NCBI GenBank assembly: GCA_036759025.1
Contig: DAIOVL010000001.1
Span: 189,807-253,806, forward strand
Direction of reading: 5' to 3'
DNA length: 64,000 nucleotides
From: Bacteroidales bacterium
Lineage (GTDB): Bacteria; Bacteroidota; Bacteroidia; Bacteroidales; VadinHA17
Below are positions 9,519 through 19,185 of the stretch, piece by piece. Below the pieces are notes generated by a model. That model made no database searches, had not been told where the DNA came from, and saw only the letters and a program-made list of their open reading frames with translations. The position numbers and the translations under genes were made by a program. Each line of letters opens with the position of its first letter. Position 1 is the first letter of the stretch.

Positions 9519-11363
9519 ATGAAAGGGAGTATTGCATTATCTGCTTTCTTTTTTCTGCTGTTAACGGCGGGGAGACTGAACTCGCAAACTCCGCTAATAC
9601 ATACATACAGGACAATAGTTAATGCCGACTACACCCACGGACAACTGCCAGCCGCATACGGAGTCCATAATATACAGATAATGCGTGCCAACAGGGAGGA
9701 TCCGGAATGGGGCTCAAAACCCGGCTGGACCTATAATCACGGACCCGATATCGCATACTGGAATGGTAAATTCTATGTAGATTATCTGAGTAATCCGGAG
9801 GGAGAACATACAGCCCCGGGACGCTCATGCATACAGACTTCAGATGACGGTTATAACTGGAGTCAGCCAGTGATTGTTTTTCCACAATACAGGATCCCTG
9901 ACGGGACAACCAAGAAAGGTGTTGAAGGGATTGCTAAGGATCTGGATGCAGTAATGCATCATCGTATAGGATTTTATGTTTCAAAGAAAAACAACAGATT
10001 ATATGCTCTCGGATATTACGGCATCTGCTTCAGTCCCCGCGACAAACCTAATGACGGTAAAGGTATAGGCAGGGTAATAAGGGAAATACATGAAGACGGG
10101 TCATTGGGTGAGGTGTATTTCATAAGATATAATCATGGTTGGGTCGAATCAAATACCTCCTTTCCTTTCTATAAAAGCAGTAATGATAAGGCTTTTGTAC
10201 AGGACTGCATTGAAATGCTGGGAAACCCTCTGATAACGCTGCAGTGGCTTGAAGAAAGTGATGTTAATGATCCGGTAATACCTAAGCTTAACGTAAGGGG
10301 ACAAGCCTTCTGCTGGTATACTCTCGACGACGGACGCGTTATCGGAATGTGGAAAAGCAAGTTATCAGGAGTAAGCACCAACGATGGCAATACCTGGTTG
10401 ACAGGAAAAACTCCGGGACTGTACACTGCATCGGCAAAAATGTGGGGTCAGCGTACTTCCGACGGCATGTATGCCCAGGTTTTCAATCCTTCAATTTACA
10501 GATGGCCGATGGCCGTATCCGTAAGTGATGACGGTCTGGAGTATAAGAACCTGCTTCTGGTTCACGGAGAGATATCCCCGATGCGTTATTCCGGTAACGA
10601 AAAATCTTACGGTCCTCAGTACCTGAGAGGCATAATACCTGGAAACGGTACTGTACCCGATGGCAATATGTGGCTTTCATACAGTGTAAATAAGGAAGAT
10701 ATCTGGGTGATGCGGGTGTCGGTACCAGTTATTGGCCTGGCCCCGGAACATATTAATGAAGATCTCTCACTTTATGACGACCTGAGCCAGATGACAAGGT
10801 GGAATATTTATTCTCCACTCTGGGCAAAGGTAAAAATCGGGAACTCTCCGGCCGGAGTAAAAGCGCTTCTTTTAAGTGACCAAGACAGGTATGATTTTGC
10901 TAAGGCCGAACATCTCTTTCCCGAAACCATAAAGCCCGCAGCTGAGTTTGCAATCATTGCCGGTCAGACTGACCATGGACTTCTGAACATTGAATTGCAG
11001 GACGGTTCGGGAAATGCCGGAATTCGGATCTCTTTTGATCCAGATGGTATGATAAAATCAAAAAGATCATATAAATTCAATAACCTCATACCTTATGAGG
11101 CAGGGGAGATATACAGGTTCAGAATAGAAGCTGACGCAGATAACCTAACCTGCAGGATTAAAGTTAACGGCAGGGAGATAGTTCAGGATCTATATGCACC
11201 GGTCAGATCATTCGGCAGAATAGTATTCAGGACCGGAGAGCTCTTCAGGGTGCCGACTCCCGATACTCCTGCATACGGAAACTTTGTCCTGGAAAATGCC
11301 GGTGAGAAAAGCGCCATGGCAAAATTCTACATCCTTGGTGTAAAGACTGAGGATCTGAAATAA
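9519..11363 (+). CDS. GH143-like Dha (3-deoxy-D-lyxo-heptulosaric acid) hydrolase, stand-alone (true start 9519, not 9372)
   Basis: GVHNIQIMRANRE, GWTYNH.P..AYWNG, PNDG.GIGRV.REI, AK.WGQR, RWP.A.S.S.DG, KSYGPQY.RGI, YSVNKED match the recalled N-terminal module of B. thetaiotaomicron BT1020; signal peptide from 9519. Confidence 0.75.
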   Translation: MKGSIALSAFFFLLLTAGRLNSQTPLIHTYRTIVNADYTHGQLPAAYGVHNIQIMRANREDPEWGSKPGWTYNHGPDIAYWNGKFYVDYLSNPEGEHTAPGRSCIQTSDDGYNWSQPVIVFPQYRIPDGTTKKGVEGIAKDLDAVMHHRIGFYVSKKNNRLYALGYYGICFSPRDKPNDGKGIGRVIREIHEDGSLGEVYFIRYNHGWVESNTSFPFYKSSNDKAFVQDCIEMLGNPLITLQWLEESDVNDPVIPKLNVRGQAFCWYTLDDGRVIGMWKSKLSGVSTNDGNTWLTGKTPGLYTASAKMWGQRTSDGMYAQVFNPSIYRWPMAVSVSDDGLEYKNLLLVHGEISPMRYSGNEKSYGPQYLRGIIPGNGTVPDGNMWLSYSVNKEDIWVMRVSVPVIGLAPEHINEDLSLYDDLSQMTRWNIYSPLWAKVKIGNSPAGVKALLLSDQDRYDFAKAEHLFPETIKPAAEFAIIAGQTDHGLLNIELQDGSGNAGIRISFDPDGMIKSKRSYKFNNLIPYEAGEIYRFRIEADADNLTCRIKVNGREIVQDLYAPVRSFGRIVFRTGELFRVPTPDTPAYGNFVLENAGEKSAMAKFYILGVKTEDLK

Positions 11364-11394
11364 AATACGGTATAAAAGACTCAAACCAAAAAAT

Positions 11395-13041
11395 ATGAAG
11401 GCCTCCCGGATTAATTTTGTCACTTTTACTCTGGTCATTTCTTTTTTATTTTGTTCATGCAGCCGGACAGATGAGAAGGTTCAGATGAAAGTTATCCAGT
11501 ACCAGGTGCCGGTTCTGGTCAGTAAACCCGATAACCCCGTATTACAGATAATGCTTATGCCTGCCGGCAGCTCTGAAAGAATGGTAAGAGAGATCTCCGT
11601 TTCTCTTGAAGGAACCTCAGATATGAGTGATATCCGGACATTACGACTTTTCAGTTCCGGAGGTGATATGACTTTTTCGGTTGAAAATCCTTTTGGAAAA
11701 GACATGCCCCCGGCACCTGTTGTGAAATTCGAAGGTAATTTGCCGTTAAGTGACACGCTTAGCTTATGGCTCTCTGCTGAGCTAAAAACATCGGCATCGC
11801 TTCTCAATAAAATACAGGCTAGCTGTATTTCGGTTAAAACATCTGAAGGCAAGGTTCAGCCGGATACTTCTTTCATTCCGTTAAAACTGCGAATCGGTCT
11901 GGCTCTCAGAAAGCACCTCGACGATAATGTCCATACTTACAGGATCCCGGGACTTACTACCACAAAAAATGGGACCCTTCTCGCCATTTATGATATCAGG
12001 AGGAACAGCAGCAGGGATCTGCAGGGGGATATCGACATAGGATTGAGCCGCAGCACAGATGGAGGAAATACCTGGGAGCAGATGAAGGTGGTTCTGGATA
12101 TGAAGGAATGGGGAGGTCTGCCCCAGAAATTCAATGGCGTAAGTGATGCATGTATCCTTGCAGATAATACAACAGGTAAGGTTTTCATTGCAGGTTTATG
12201 GATGCATGGTGTTCTCGACAGAAACGGTAAGTGGATTGAGGGCCTGACCGATGAATCTGATGCATGGGAGCATCAGTGGAGGAATAGTGGATCACAACCG
12301 GGATTTGGAGTAAAGGAGACCTCACAGTTTCTTGTTGTTTCCAGCAGTGATGATGGTGTTACATGGTCGGAACCTGTCAATATCACAAAAATGTGTAAGA
12401 GGAGGGAGTGGTGGCTCTGGGCTCCTGCTCCCGGGCACGGCATCACTCTGAAAGACGGAACACTGGTAATGCCCACCCAGGGAAGAGATGAAGAGGGAAA
12501 ACCTTTTTCAAATATAACATGGAGCAGGGATGGCGGCATAACATGGAAAACAGGCAAACCTGCATATTCAAATACAACAGAATCCATGGCCGCAGAGCTC
12601 TCCGACGGATCAGTGATGCTGAACATGCGTCATAACCAGAACAGGAACAACCCTGGAGTAAATAACGGTAGGGCAGTTGCTGTGACCGGCGACCTTGGAG
12701 AAACCTGGACAGAGCATCCCTCATCCAGAAATGCACTTATTGAGCCTACATGTATGGGAAGTCTGCATCGTCACGATTATACTGAGAACGGCGTGAAGAA
12801 ATCAATCCTTTTATTTTCAAATCCTGATTCAAGGACTGCGCGAACACACATGACAATAAAAGTCAGTTTTGATGACGGGATGACCTGGCCCCTTCAGAAC
12901 CGGCTGCTGCTCGATGAACTAAGGTCGGCCGGATATTCATGCCTCACGTCGATCGATGAAAATACAATAGGTATCCTCTATGAAGGCAGCCAGTCGATGC
13001 TGACCTTCGAGATGATACCTTTGTCTGAACTTATCAGGTGA
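11395..13041 (+). CDS. GH33 sialidase-family lipoprotein (sialidase or Kdo hydrolase)
   Basis: YRIP motif, Asp-boxes SRSTDGGNTW, SSSDDGVTW, SRDGGITW, TGDLGETW, SFDDGMTW; GYSCL, ILYE. Confidence 0.9.
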   Translation: MKASRINFVTFTLVISFLFCSCSRTDEKVQMKVIQYQVPVLVSKPDNPVLQIMLMPAGSSERMVREISVSLEGTSDMSDIRTLRLFSSGGDMTFSVENPFGKDMPPAPVVKFEGNLPLSDTLSLWLSAELKTSASLLNKIQASCISVKTSEGKVQPDTSFIPLKLRIGLALRKHLDDNVHTYRIPGLTTTKNGTLLAIYDIRRNSSRDLQGDIDIGLSRSTDGGNTWEQMKVVLDMKEWGGLPQKFNGVSDACILADNTTGKVFIAGLWMHGVLDRNGKWIEGLTDESDAWEHQWRNSGSQPGFGVKETSQFLVVSSSDDGVTWSEPVNITKMCKRREWWLWAPAPGHGITLKDGTLVMPTQGRDEEGKPFSNITWSRDGGITWKTGKPAYSNTTESMAAELSDGSVMLNMRHNQNRNNPGVNNGRAVAVTGDLGETWTEHPSSRNALIEPTCMGSLHRHDYTENGVKKSILLFSNPDSRTARTHMTIKVSFDDGMTWPLQNRLLLDELRSAGYSCLTSIDENTIGILYEGSQSMLTFEMIPLSELIR

Positions 13042-13065
13042 TTTTTCTGAAATCTGAGACTTAAT

Positions 13066-14313
13066 TTACACGAAGACCCTGCAAATATGTCTCTCGTATA
13101 TATTGTCAAAAACACATTTTGCGACAGTTTCCTCATTCGCCTCAAGCAGTTTGAAATACTCTTCCATCCTGAGGGCAGCCAGTTTGAAAGAAACATGGAC
13201 CAGCTGTCGCATATTTGAATTGTAATCCTTGTTTTCGGGTATATGTCTCAGTGAATCGACGAACTTTTTGCTGTTCCAGCCTTCAACTTCTTCCTTTGAT
13301 GGCAGCAGTGACCTGTTAATGTCAATTACGTCGGCATAGGGTGCACACAGTTCATCAATTTTCTCAAGGGCTTTGAAATATATCTCCTTAACGAATGTGA
13401 GAGCCTCTCCGCCAGCTTCTGCGAGACCGATCACTTCTTCAAGCCATGTCGTTCCGGCGGTTTTCAGGTGAAGCCCCTTGTCGTGTTTTTTAATTATTGA
13501 TTTGATGACAGGATATATTGAGAATTTGTCGGATCCTGAATGGACACTCATTTTGAGACTTGCCGGCAGTCCGAATTCCTTTACGGCATAGTCGATAACC
13601 ATCAGGTCGGCTTCGAATTCTTCTGCAAACTGCTTAATATCTCCAACATAATCTACACCTTTATTAAAGCGTCCGGAAAATTTTGGAGCTATGGTCTGGG
13701 CCGGGATGTTTTTTTCTCCCAGCATCCTGAGGATGAAGAAAAGCTCTACAGGTGTCTGTGGAAGAGGCACTTCGTCCATTGAAACTTCTGAAACGAAATT
13801 TCCCCTGCCTTTTTCTTTTTCAATTTTCGTGTAGATCTCTGATGCTTTAACAGCTGCAAACAGGTAGTTTCCGGCAATATCTCTTATCCTTTGTTCAGTA
13901 ACGTTCAGAGGTTTTTCGATTCCCGGGATATTCAAATCACCCGCGTACTTCAGTGAATCTGATACGAAAGCTTCTATTTCGCTTTCATCGGCACGTTTGC
14001 CAATGTAGGATGCGACATCGATGGTGAAGAAGTCGGAGCTGCTGATAAAGCGATCAACTGTGTCGAGATTAATATGGTCAGCATCAACAAAATAGGCTTT
14101 GCCAAAATCTGCCTGGGCAGTAACATGGTCGGCTTCCTTTCTGACATCAGAAGGTTCCGTCCCTATGATGGTATGCTCCCTGTTGGATTTATTCCATACC
14201 GGAGTTATATCAATCCCCTTTTTTCCTGCTTCGATAACCGCTTTAAGCTGGGCTGCTCCCTGATGTCCGAAACGGTCGCCCATTCCGATTGAGTATTTTC
14301 CAAGTGTTTTCAT
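13066..14313 (-). CDS. uxaE: Tagaturonate/fructuronate epimerase
   Basis: SIGMGDRF, FVDADH, EVSMDE, HSGSDKFSIYP, HLKTAGTTWLEE. Confidence 0.92.
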   Translation of the reverse strand: MKTLGKYSIGMGDRFGHQGAAQLKAVIEAGKKGIDITPVWNKSNREHTIIGTEPSDVRKEADHVTAQADFGKAYFVDADHINLDTVDRFISSSDFFTIDVASYIGKRADESEIEAFVSDSLKYAGDLNIPGIEKPLNVTEQRIRDIAGNYLFAAVKASEIYTKIEKEKGRGNFVSEVSMDEVPLPQTPVELFFILRMLGEKNIPAQTIAPKFSGRFNKGVDYVGDIKQFAEEFEADLMVIDYAVKEFGLPASLKMSVHSGSDKFSIYPVIKSIIKKHDKGLHLKTAGTTWLEEVIGLAEAGGEALTFVKEIYFKALEKIDELCAPYADVIDINRSLLPSKEEVEGWNSKKFVDSLRHIPENKDYNSNMRQLVHVSFKLAALRMEEYFKLLEANEETVAKCVFDNIYERHICRVFV

Positions 14314-14333
14314 ATATATAGTTTTAAAATTAA

Positions 14334-15383
14334 TTAAAGGAAAAACTGAACATTCTCCGAAGTTACAACATCTACAGGGAGATATTCCATTTTCTCAGGT
14401 GTTTTATTCATTGAGATAAAATCGAATAGCTTCCTGACACCCTTGTATGCCTGTTCTTCAGGTCGTTGCCCTATCAGGAATCTTATTTTTCCTGTTTTAA
14501 GATATTTCACATTGTTTTCAAGCAGGTCGTATCCTATGATATTGACAGAATTGATTCCTTCCGACTCGAAATAATCAGCAATTTTGTATGATTTTGATCC
14601 TGTAACAAATATCGATCCCGTATTCTTATGCTGCCGCAGTATTCTTTTCAGTTCACGGTTAATAAAATCAGTCTGAGGATTATAGATTGCATAGCTTGTC
14701 AGCCTGTTCTGCCTGTCTTCCTGAAAGTAGCTTATGAATCCCTGTGTTCTGACATTAAGGTGATGTACATTACTTATGTTTCTGGCTATATTGATGATTA
14801 GTATCTCTTTTTCAGGTGGCGTTACCATATTGACAAGTTGTGCGGCCACTCTGCCGCTCTGGTATATGTTCTCACCGGTATAGCACAGGAAACTTGTTTC
14901 TTCGAGAAAGCCGTCGATGAAGACGAACGGGATATTACTTCGTGTAAGTTTTTCGCATAGTGTCAGTGCTTCATTTTTAAAAATGGGAGCGAGGATTACA
15001 CCATCAGGATTCAGTCTGATCAGTTCTTCCGATTTCGATTGAAAATCTCTTTCATCAAGCATGTCGAATGTCACCTGTTCCAGATTTACAGGAAAGGGAT
15101 CCAGCTCTTTCAGCGCTTTTTGAATTCCTTCCGGATGCTTCATCCAGAACGCACTTTCCTCAACAGGTTCAGGAAGGAGAGAAACCAGCCTGACTCTTTT
15201 TTTTGATTTAAGGGCTCTGGCGATGACGTTGGGAGAGTATTCCAGATCTTTGGCGATCTTTAGAATATTCTCCCTTGTCTTTTCCGCCACTTCACCCCTG
15301 TCATGAAGGACTCTGTCGACTGTCCCGATAGATACTCCGGCAAGTTCGGCAATGTCCTTTATCCTTGCTCTTTTCGGGGACAT
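14334..15383 (-). CDS. LacI-family transcriptional regulator (hexuronate regulator)
   Basis: IKDIAELAGVSIGTVDRVLH HTH, Y.PN..ARAL hinge, periplasmic-binding-like effector domain. Confidence 0.93.
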   Translation of the reverse strand: MSPKRARIKDIAELAGVSIGTVDRVLHDRGEVAEKTRENILKIAKDLEYSPNVIARALKSKKRVRLVSLLPEPVEESAFWMKHPEGIQKALKELDPFPVNLEQVTFDMLDERDFQSKSEELIRLNPDGVILAPIFKNEALTLCEKLTRSNIPFVFIDGFLEETSFLCYTGENIYQSGRVAAQLVNMVTPPEKEILIINIARNISNVHHLNVRTQGFISYFQEDRQNRLTSYAIYNPQTDFINRELKRILRQHKNTGSIFVTGSKSYKIADYFESEGINSVNIIGYDLLENNVKYLKTGKIRFLIGQRPEEQAYKGVRKLFDFISMNKTPEKMEYLPVDVVTSENVQFFL

Positions 15384-15385
15384 AA

Positions 15386-16684
15386 TCAGTCTAATACAAC
15401 CTTTTTCTCTTTAGGTGCAAAAACAGTCATAATTATCCATGCAAGAAGATAGGCACTACCTGCAATTGCAAACATTACAACGTATCCGGTCTCGATATGA
15501 CCAAGATCTTTAAAATGCTGAAGTATAGCACCTGCGATATATGAAATGAAAGCTCCGCCCAGAGCACCTGCCATTCCACCTATTCCGGTTACAGAACTAA
15601 CGGCTTTTTTAGGGAATGCATCAGAGACGGTGGTAAAGATGTTTGCCGACCATGCCTGGTGTGATGATGCTGCAAGGGCTATCAGGCACACAGCTCCCCA
15701 GTTGCCTATTGAAGGAGACTGGGCAAAAATAATAGGTACAACCAGGAGCGCGAAGATGAGCATAGTAACGCTTCTGGCTTTAAAGGGTGACATGCCTTTT
15801 TTGATCATGTAACCTGAGACCCAGCCACCACCGATACTTCCCACCGTGGTCATGGTGTATATGAATGCAAGAGGAAGTCCGAATGATTTTACATCAAGTC
15901 CTGCACCGCGAACCGTCGAAAGCCAGCCGGGTATCCAGAAAAGATAAAACCACCATATAGGATCAGTAAGACCTTTACCTATGAAGAAAAGCCATGTCTG
16001 ACGGTATTTAAGAAGTTTTAACCATGATACTTTTTCTTTTGTCTCTGCCTGCTCGTCAACATCGCTGTTAATATATTCAAGTTCTCCTGCAGATATTTTC
16101 TTGTGTTTTTCAGGTATTTCGTAAAATATAAACCATAGAATTACCCAAATGAATCCAATTGCACCGGTAATAATAAATGCTGCCTGCCATCCCCATGCCA
16201 CAACCATGGCCGGTATAGCCAGAGGAGCCACGATCGCACCAACGTTTGTTCCTGAGTTGAATATCCCGGTCGCCAAAGCTCTTTCTTTCTTCGGGAACCA
16301 TTCTGCTACCGATTTAATGGCTGCAGGGAAGTTTCCAGCCTCACTGACACCAAGAAAGCCTCTCCAGAAACCAAAGCCGAGAGCTCCTTTTGCAAGGGCA
16401 TGTCCCATGGCTGCGATACTCCATAAAATTACCGCAACACCATATCCGATCTTTGTCCCGAACTTATCGATAAGACGACCGGCAATAACCATTCCGATAC
16501 CATACAGGATCTGAAAGGCCATGATAATGTGCGCATACTGCTCTTCTCCTATTCCCAGGTCAGTCTCCAGAAGCGGTTTCAGGATCCCTATAACCTGTCG
16601 GTCGAGATAGTTCACTGTCGTGGCAAAGAAGATCAGAGCGCAGACAGTCCATCTGTAGTTACTGAATTTTTTTGTTTCTGTCAT
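15386..16684 (-). CDS. exuT: Hexuronate MFS transporter
   Basis: RWTVCALIFFATTVNYLDRQ, EAGNFPAAIK.VAEWFP.KERALATGIFNSG, TDPIWWFYLFW. Confidence 0.9.
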   Translation of the reverse strand: MTETKKFSNYRWTVCALIFFATTVNYLDRQVIGILKPLLETDLGIGEEQYAHIIMAFQILYGIGMVIAGRLIDKFGTKIGYGVAVILWSIAAMGHALAKGALGFGFWRGFLGVSEAGNFPAAIKSVAEWFPKKERALATGIFNSGTNVGAIVAPLAIPAMVVAWGWQAAFIITGAIGFIWVILWFIFYEIPEKHKKISAGELEYINSDVDEQAETKEKVSWLKLLKYRQTWLFFIGKGLTDPIWWFYLFWIPGWLSTVRGAGLDVKSFGLPLAFIYTMTTVGSIGGGWVSGYMIKKGMSPFKARSVTMLIFALLVVPIIFAQSPSIGNWGAVCLIALAASSHQAWSANIFTTVSDAFPKKAVSSVTGIGGMAGALGGAFISYIAGAILQHFKDLGHIETGYVVMFAIAGSAYLLAWIIMTVFAPKEKKVVLD

Positions 16685-16704
16685 AGTGTTTGGTTATTAC
16701 TGAA

Positions 16705-18159
16705 TTACACATTATAAGTTGTCGATGCTGTTGTTCCTCCCCTTCCTGTCCAGTTGGTATGGAAGAATTCCCCTCTGGGCCGGTCGATACGCTCATAGGT
16801 GTGGGCACCAAAATAATCCCTTTGTGCCTGGAGAAGGTTAGCGGGAAGCCTTTCACAACGATATCCGTCAAAATATCCCAAAGCCGAGGATATTGCCGGT
16901 ACGGGTATCCCGTTTATCGTTGCGGTTGCAACCACATTTCTCCATCCCTGCTGGGCTTTTTCCACTTTGTCCCTGAAGAAAGGATCGAGAAGCAGGTTCG
17001 TTATTGAAGGGTCGTTGTCGAAGGCTTCTTTTATTTTTCCGAGGAAGGCAGATCTTATTATGCATCCTCCTCTCCACATGAGTGCAATTCCTCCATAGTT
17101 AAGATCCCATTTGTATTCTTCCGCGGCTGCTCTCATGAGAGCATATCCCTGGGCATAAGATACTATTTTGGATGCGTAAAGAGCGTCTCTTAATTCGTCG
17201 ATGAACTTTTTCCGGTCTGAAGAAAATGAAGCAACAGGTCCGTGAAGTACCTGTGATGCTTTTACCCTTTCATCTTTTACCGCCGACAGGCATCTTGAGA
17301 ATACTGCCTCACCAATAAGTGTAAGCGGAATTCCAAGATCCAGAGCTGCAACTCCCGTCCATTTGCCCGTACCTTTCTGACCTGCAGTGTCAAGTATCTT
17401 GTCGACAAGGGGAAGGCCGTCAGTATCCTTATATGCAAGTATATCCCTTGTAATTTCGATTAGATAGCTGTCGAGTTCACCCTCATTCCATTCCCTGAAG
17501 ACCAGATGCATCTCGTCAGCGCTCATGTGAAGAAGATCGCGCATTATCTGGTATGCTTCGCAGATCAGCTGCATATCTCCATATTCAATTCCGTTATGGA
17601 CCATTTTAACAAAGTGACCTGCACCATTTTCCCCAACCCAGTCGCAACAGGGAGAGCCGTCTTCCACTTTCGCCGCAATAGCCTGGAATATGGGTTTCAC
17701 ATGGGGCCATGCAGCTTTTGATCCTCCGGGCATGATCGAAGGCCCCAGCAGCGCTCCTTCCTCACCTCCCGATACTCCTGTTCCGATATACAGAAGTCCT
17801 TTACTCTCAACATAGGCAGTCCTTCTGTTGGTGTCAGGGAAATGAGTGTTTCCCCCGTCAATGATTATATCACCCGGCTCGAGATGAGGGATCAGGGTTT
17901 CAATCATATCGTCAACAGCACGGCCCGCCTTGACCATTATCATGATCTTCCTCGGTCTTTCAAGCGCTTTCACAAGCTCTTCAATTGAATGAGTACCGGT
18001 TATTTTCTTTCCATTTGCCCTCCCGGCAAGGAAATCATCGACTTTTTGTGTCGTACGGTTATAGACAGCTACATGGAATCCCTTGCTCTCCATGTTCAGA
18101 ACAAGATTCTCCCCCATAACTGCCAGACCGATAAGTCCGATGTCAGCTAATTTGCTCAT
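16705..18159 (-). CDS. gnd: 6-phosphogluconate dehydrogenase (decarboxylating, NADP)
   Basis: GLIGLAVMG, GVSGGEEGA, GHFVKMVHNGIEYG, QKGTGKW, WRGGCIIRS, AQRDYFGAH. Confidence 0.97.
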   Translation of the reverse strand: MSKLADIGLIGLAVMGENLVLNMESKGFHVAVYNRTTQKVDDFLAGRANGKKITGTHSIEELVKALERPRKIMIMVKAGRAVDDMIETLIPHLEPGDIIIDGGNTHFPDTNRRTAYVESKGLLYIGTGVSGGEEGALLGPSIMPGGSKAAWPHVKPIFQAIAAKVEDGSPCCDWVGENGAGHFVKMVHNGIEYGDMQLICEAYQIMRDLLHMSADEMHLVFREWNEGELDSYLIEITRDILAYKDTDGLPLVDKILDTAGQKGTGKWTGVAALDLGIPLTLIGEAVFSRCLSAVKDERVKASQVLHGPVASFSSDRKKFIDELRDALYASKIVSYAQGYALMRAAAEEYKWDLNYGGIALMWRGGCIIRSAFLGKIKEAFDNDPSITNLLLDPFFRDKVEKAQQGWRNVVATATINGIPVPAISSALGYFDGYRCERLPANLLQAQRDYFGAHTYERIDRPRGEFFHTNWTGRGGTTASTTYNV

Positions 18160-18186
18160 AATTATAGTTATATTAGTTAATCAATC

Positions 18187-18210
18187 TAAAACCTTAAACC
18201 TTTAAACCTA
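18187..18210 (+). repeat. Octamer tandem repeat TAAACCT(T/A) x3
   Basis: TAAAACCT TAAACCTT TAAACCTA between gnd and the oxidoreductase. Confidence 0.7.
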
Positions 18211-19185
18211 TTTATAATATTCTTTAACCATCTCCTCCAGAACCCGGCTTGTTCTCGCAGCTGTAATGCCGGTACTAACTGCAGGGATCTTTTTAGTCAG
18301 TGCCTCTACCACCTGACCGATAAGACAGATCTGAACATGTTCGGGCCGTTCATTTATGTACTCCTGTTTACCTGCTTCATTCTCAACTATTATCGGATCG
18401 AAACTGAAGCAGGAGAACCTGATGTAACCTTTATCGCCTATTATCTCAATTGAATCCCTTCCGGCTGACTGGTGAGCGTTAAAGCACCAGATTCCGGTTC
18501 CGGTGACATTATTGTCGAACATAAAGCCGGCCGAAACATAATCTTCAGCTTTGTACCAGGCACCCTGGTTAAGAGCATACGATTTAACCTCTTTAACAGG
18601 ACCAAACAAAAAATCCAGATAATCGAGCTGGTGTGAAGCAAGATCAAAAAAATGGCCTCCACCCGCGATTGCCGGGTCAACCCGCCATGAAAGCCTTCCT
18701 GATATTTCATCTGGTGAAGGAGCTTTAAAAAGCTGAAGATGAACCGATCGTACAGATCCGATCTTCCCTGAACTGATCATTTCCCTTACCATAACAAAAC
18801 CTGGCAATGCTCTGCGGTAGTATGCTACAAATACCGGGACCTGTTTTCTTTCGGCTGCTTCATTTATTTCCAGACACTCTTCATAATTCAAAGCCATTGG
18901 CTTCTCAATGTATACAGGTTTGCCTGCATCTATCGACATGAGAGCGTATGTTGCATGACTGGAGGGAGGAGTGGCCACGTATACAGCATTTACTCCGGGA
19001 TCGTTGATGAGCTCTGAAGCATCGGAATAGAACCTTGGCACATTATGTCTTTTCGCATAATCTTCAGCCAGCCCTGCATCTCTTCTCATAACGGCGGTGA
19101 GACGCGAGTCCTTTACTTTGTTAAAAGCAGGTCCGCTCTTGACCTCGGTCACATTGCCACATCCTATGATACCCCAGCTAATCAT
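18208..19185 (-). CDS. Gfo/Idh/MocA-family oxidoreductase, cytoplasmic (start 19185, ATGA overlap with upstream gene)
   Basis: WGIIGCG, YVATPP.SH, EKP, GGG...DLASHQLD; start codon overlaps the TGA of 19182..20456. Confidence 0.88.
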   Translation of the reverse strand: MISWGIIGCGNVTEVKSGPAFNKVKDSRLTAVMRRDAGLAEDYAKRHNVPRFYSDASELINDPGVNAVYVATPPSSHATYALMSIDAGKPVYIEKPMALNYEECLEINEAAERKQVPVFVAYYRRALPGFVMVREMISSGKIGSVRSVHLQLFKAPSPDEISGRLSWRVDPAIAGGGHFFDLASHQLDYLDFLFGPVKEVKSYALNQGAWYKAEDYVSAGFMFDNNVTGTGIWCFNAHQSAGRDSIEIIGDKGYIRFSCFSFDPIIVENEAGKQEYINERPEHVQICLIGQVVEALTKKIPAVSTGITAARTSRVLEEMVKEYYK

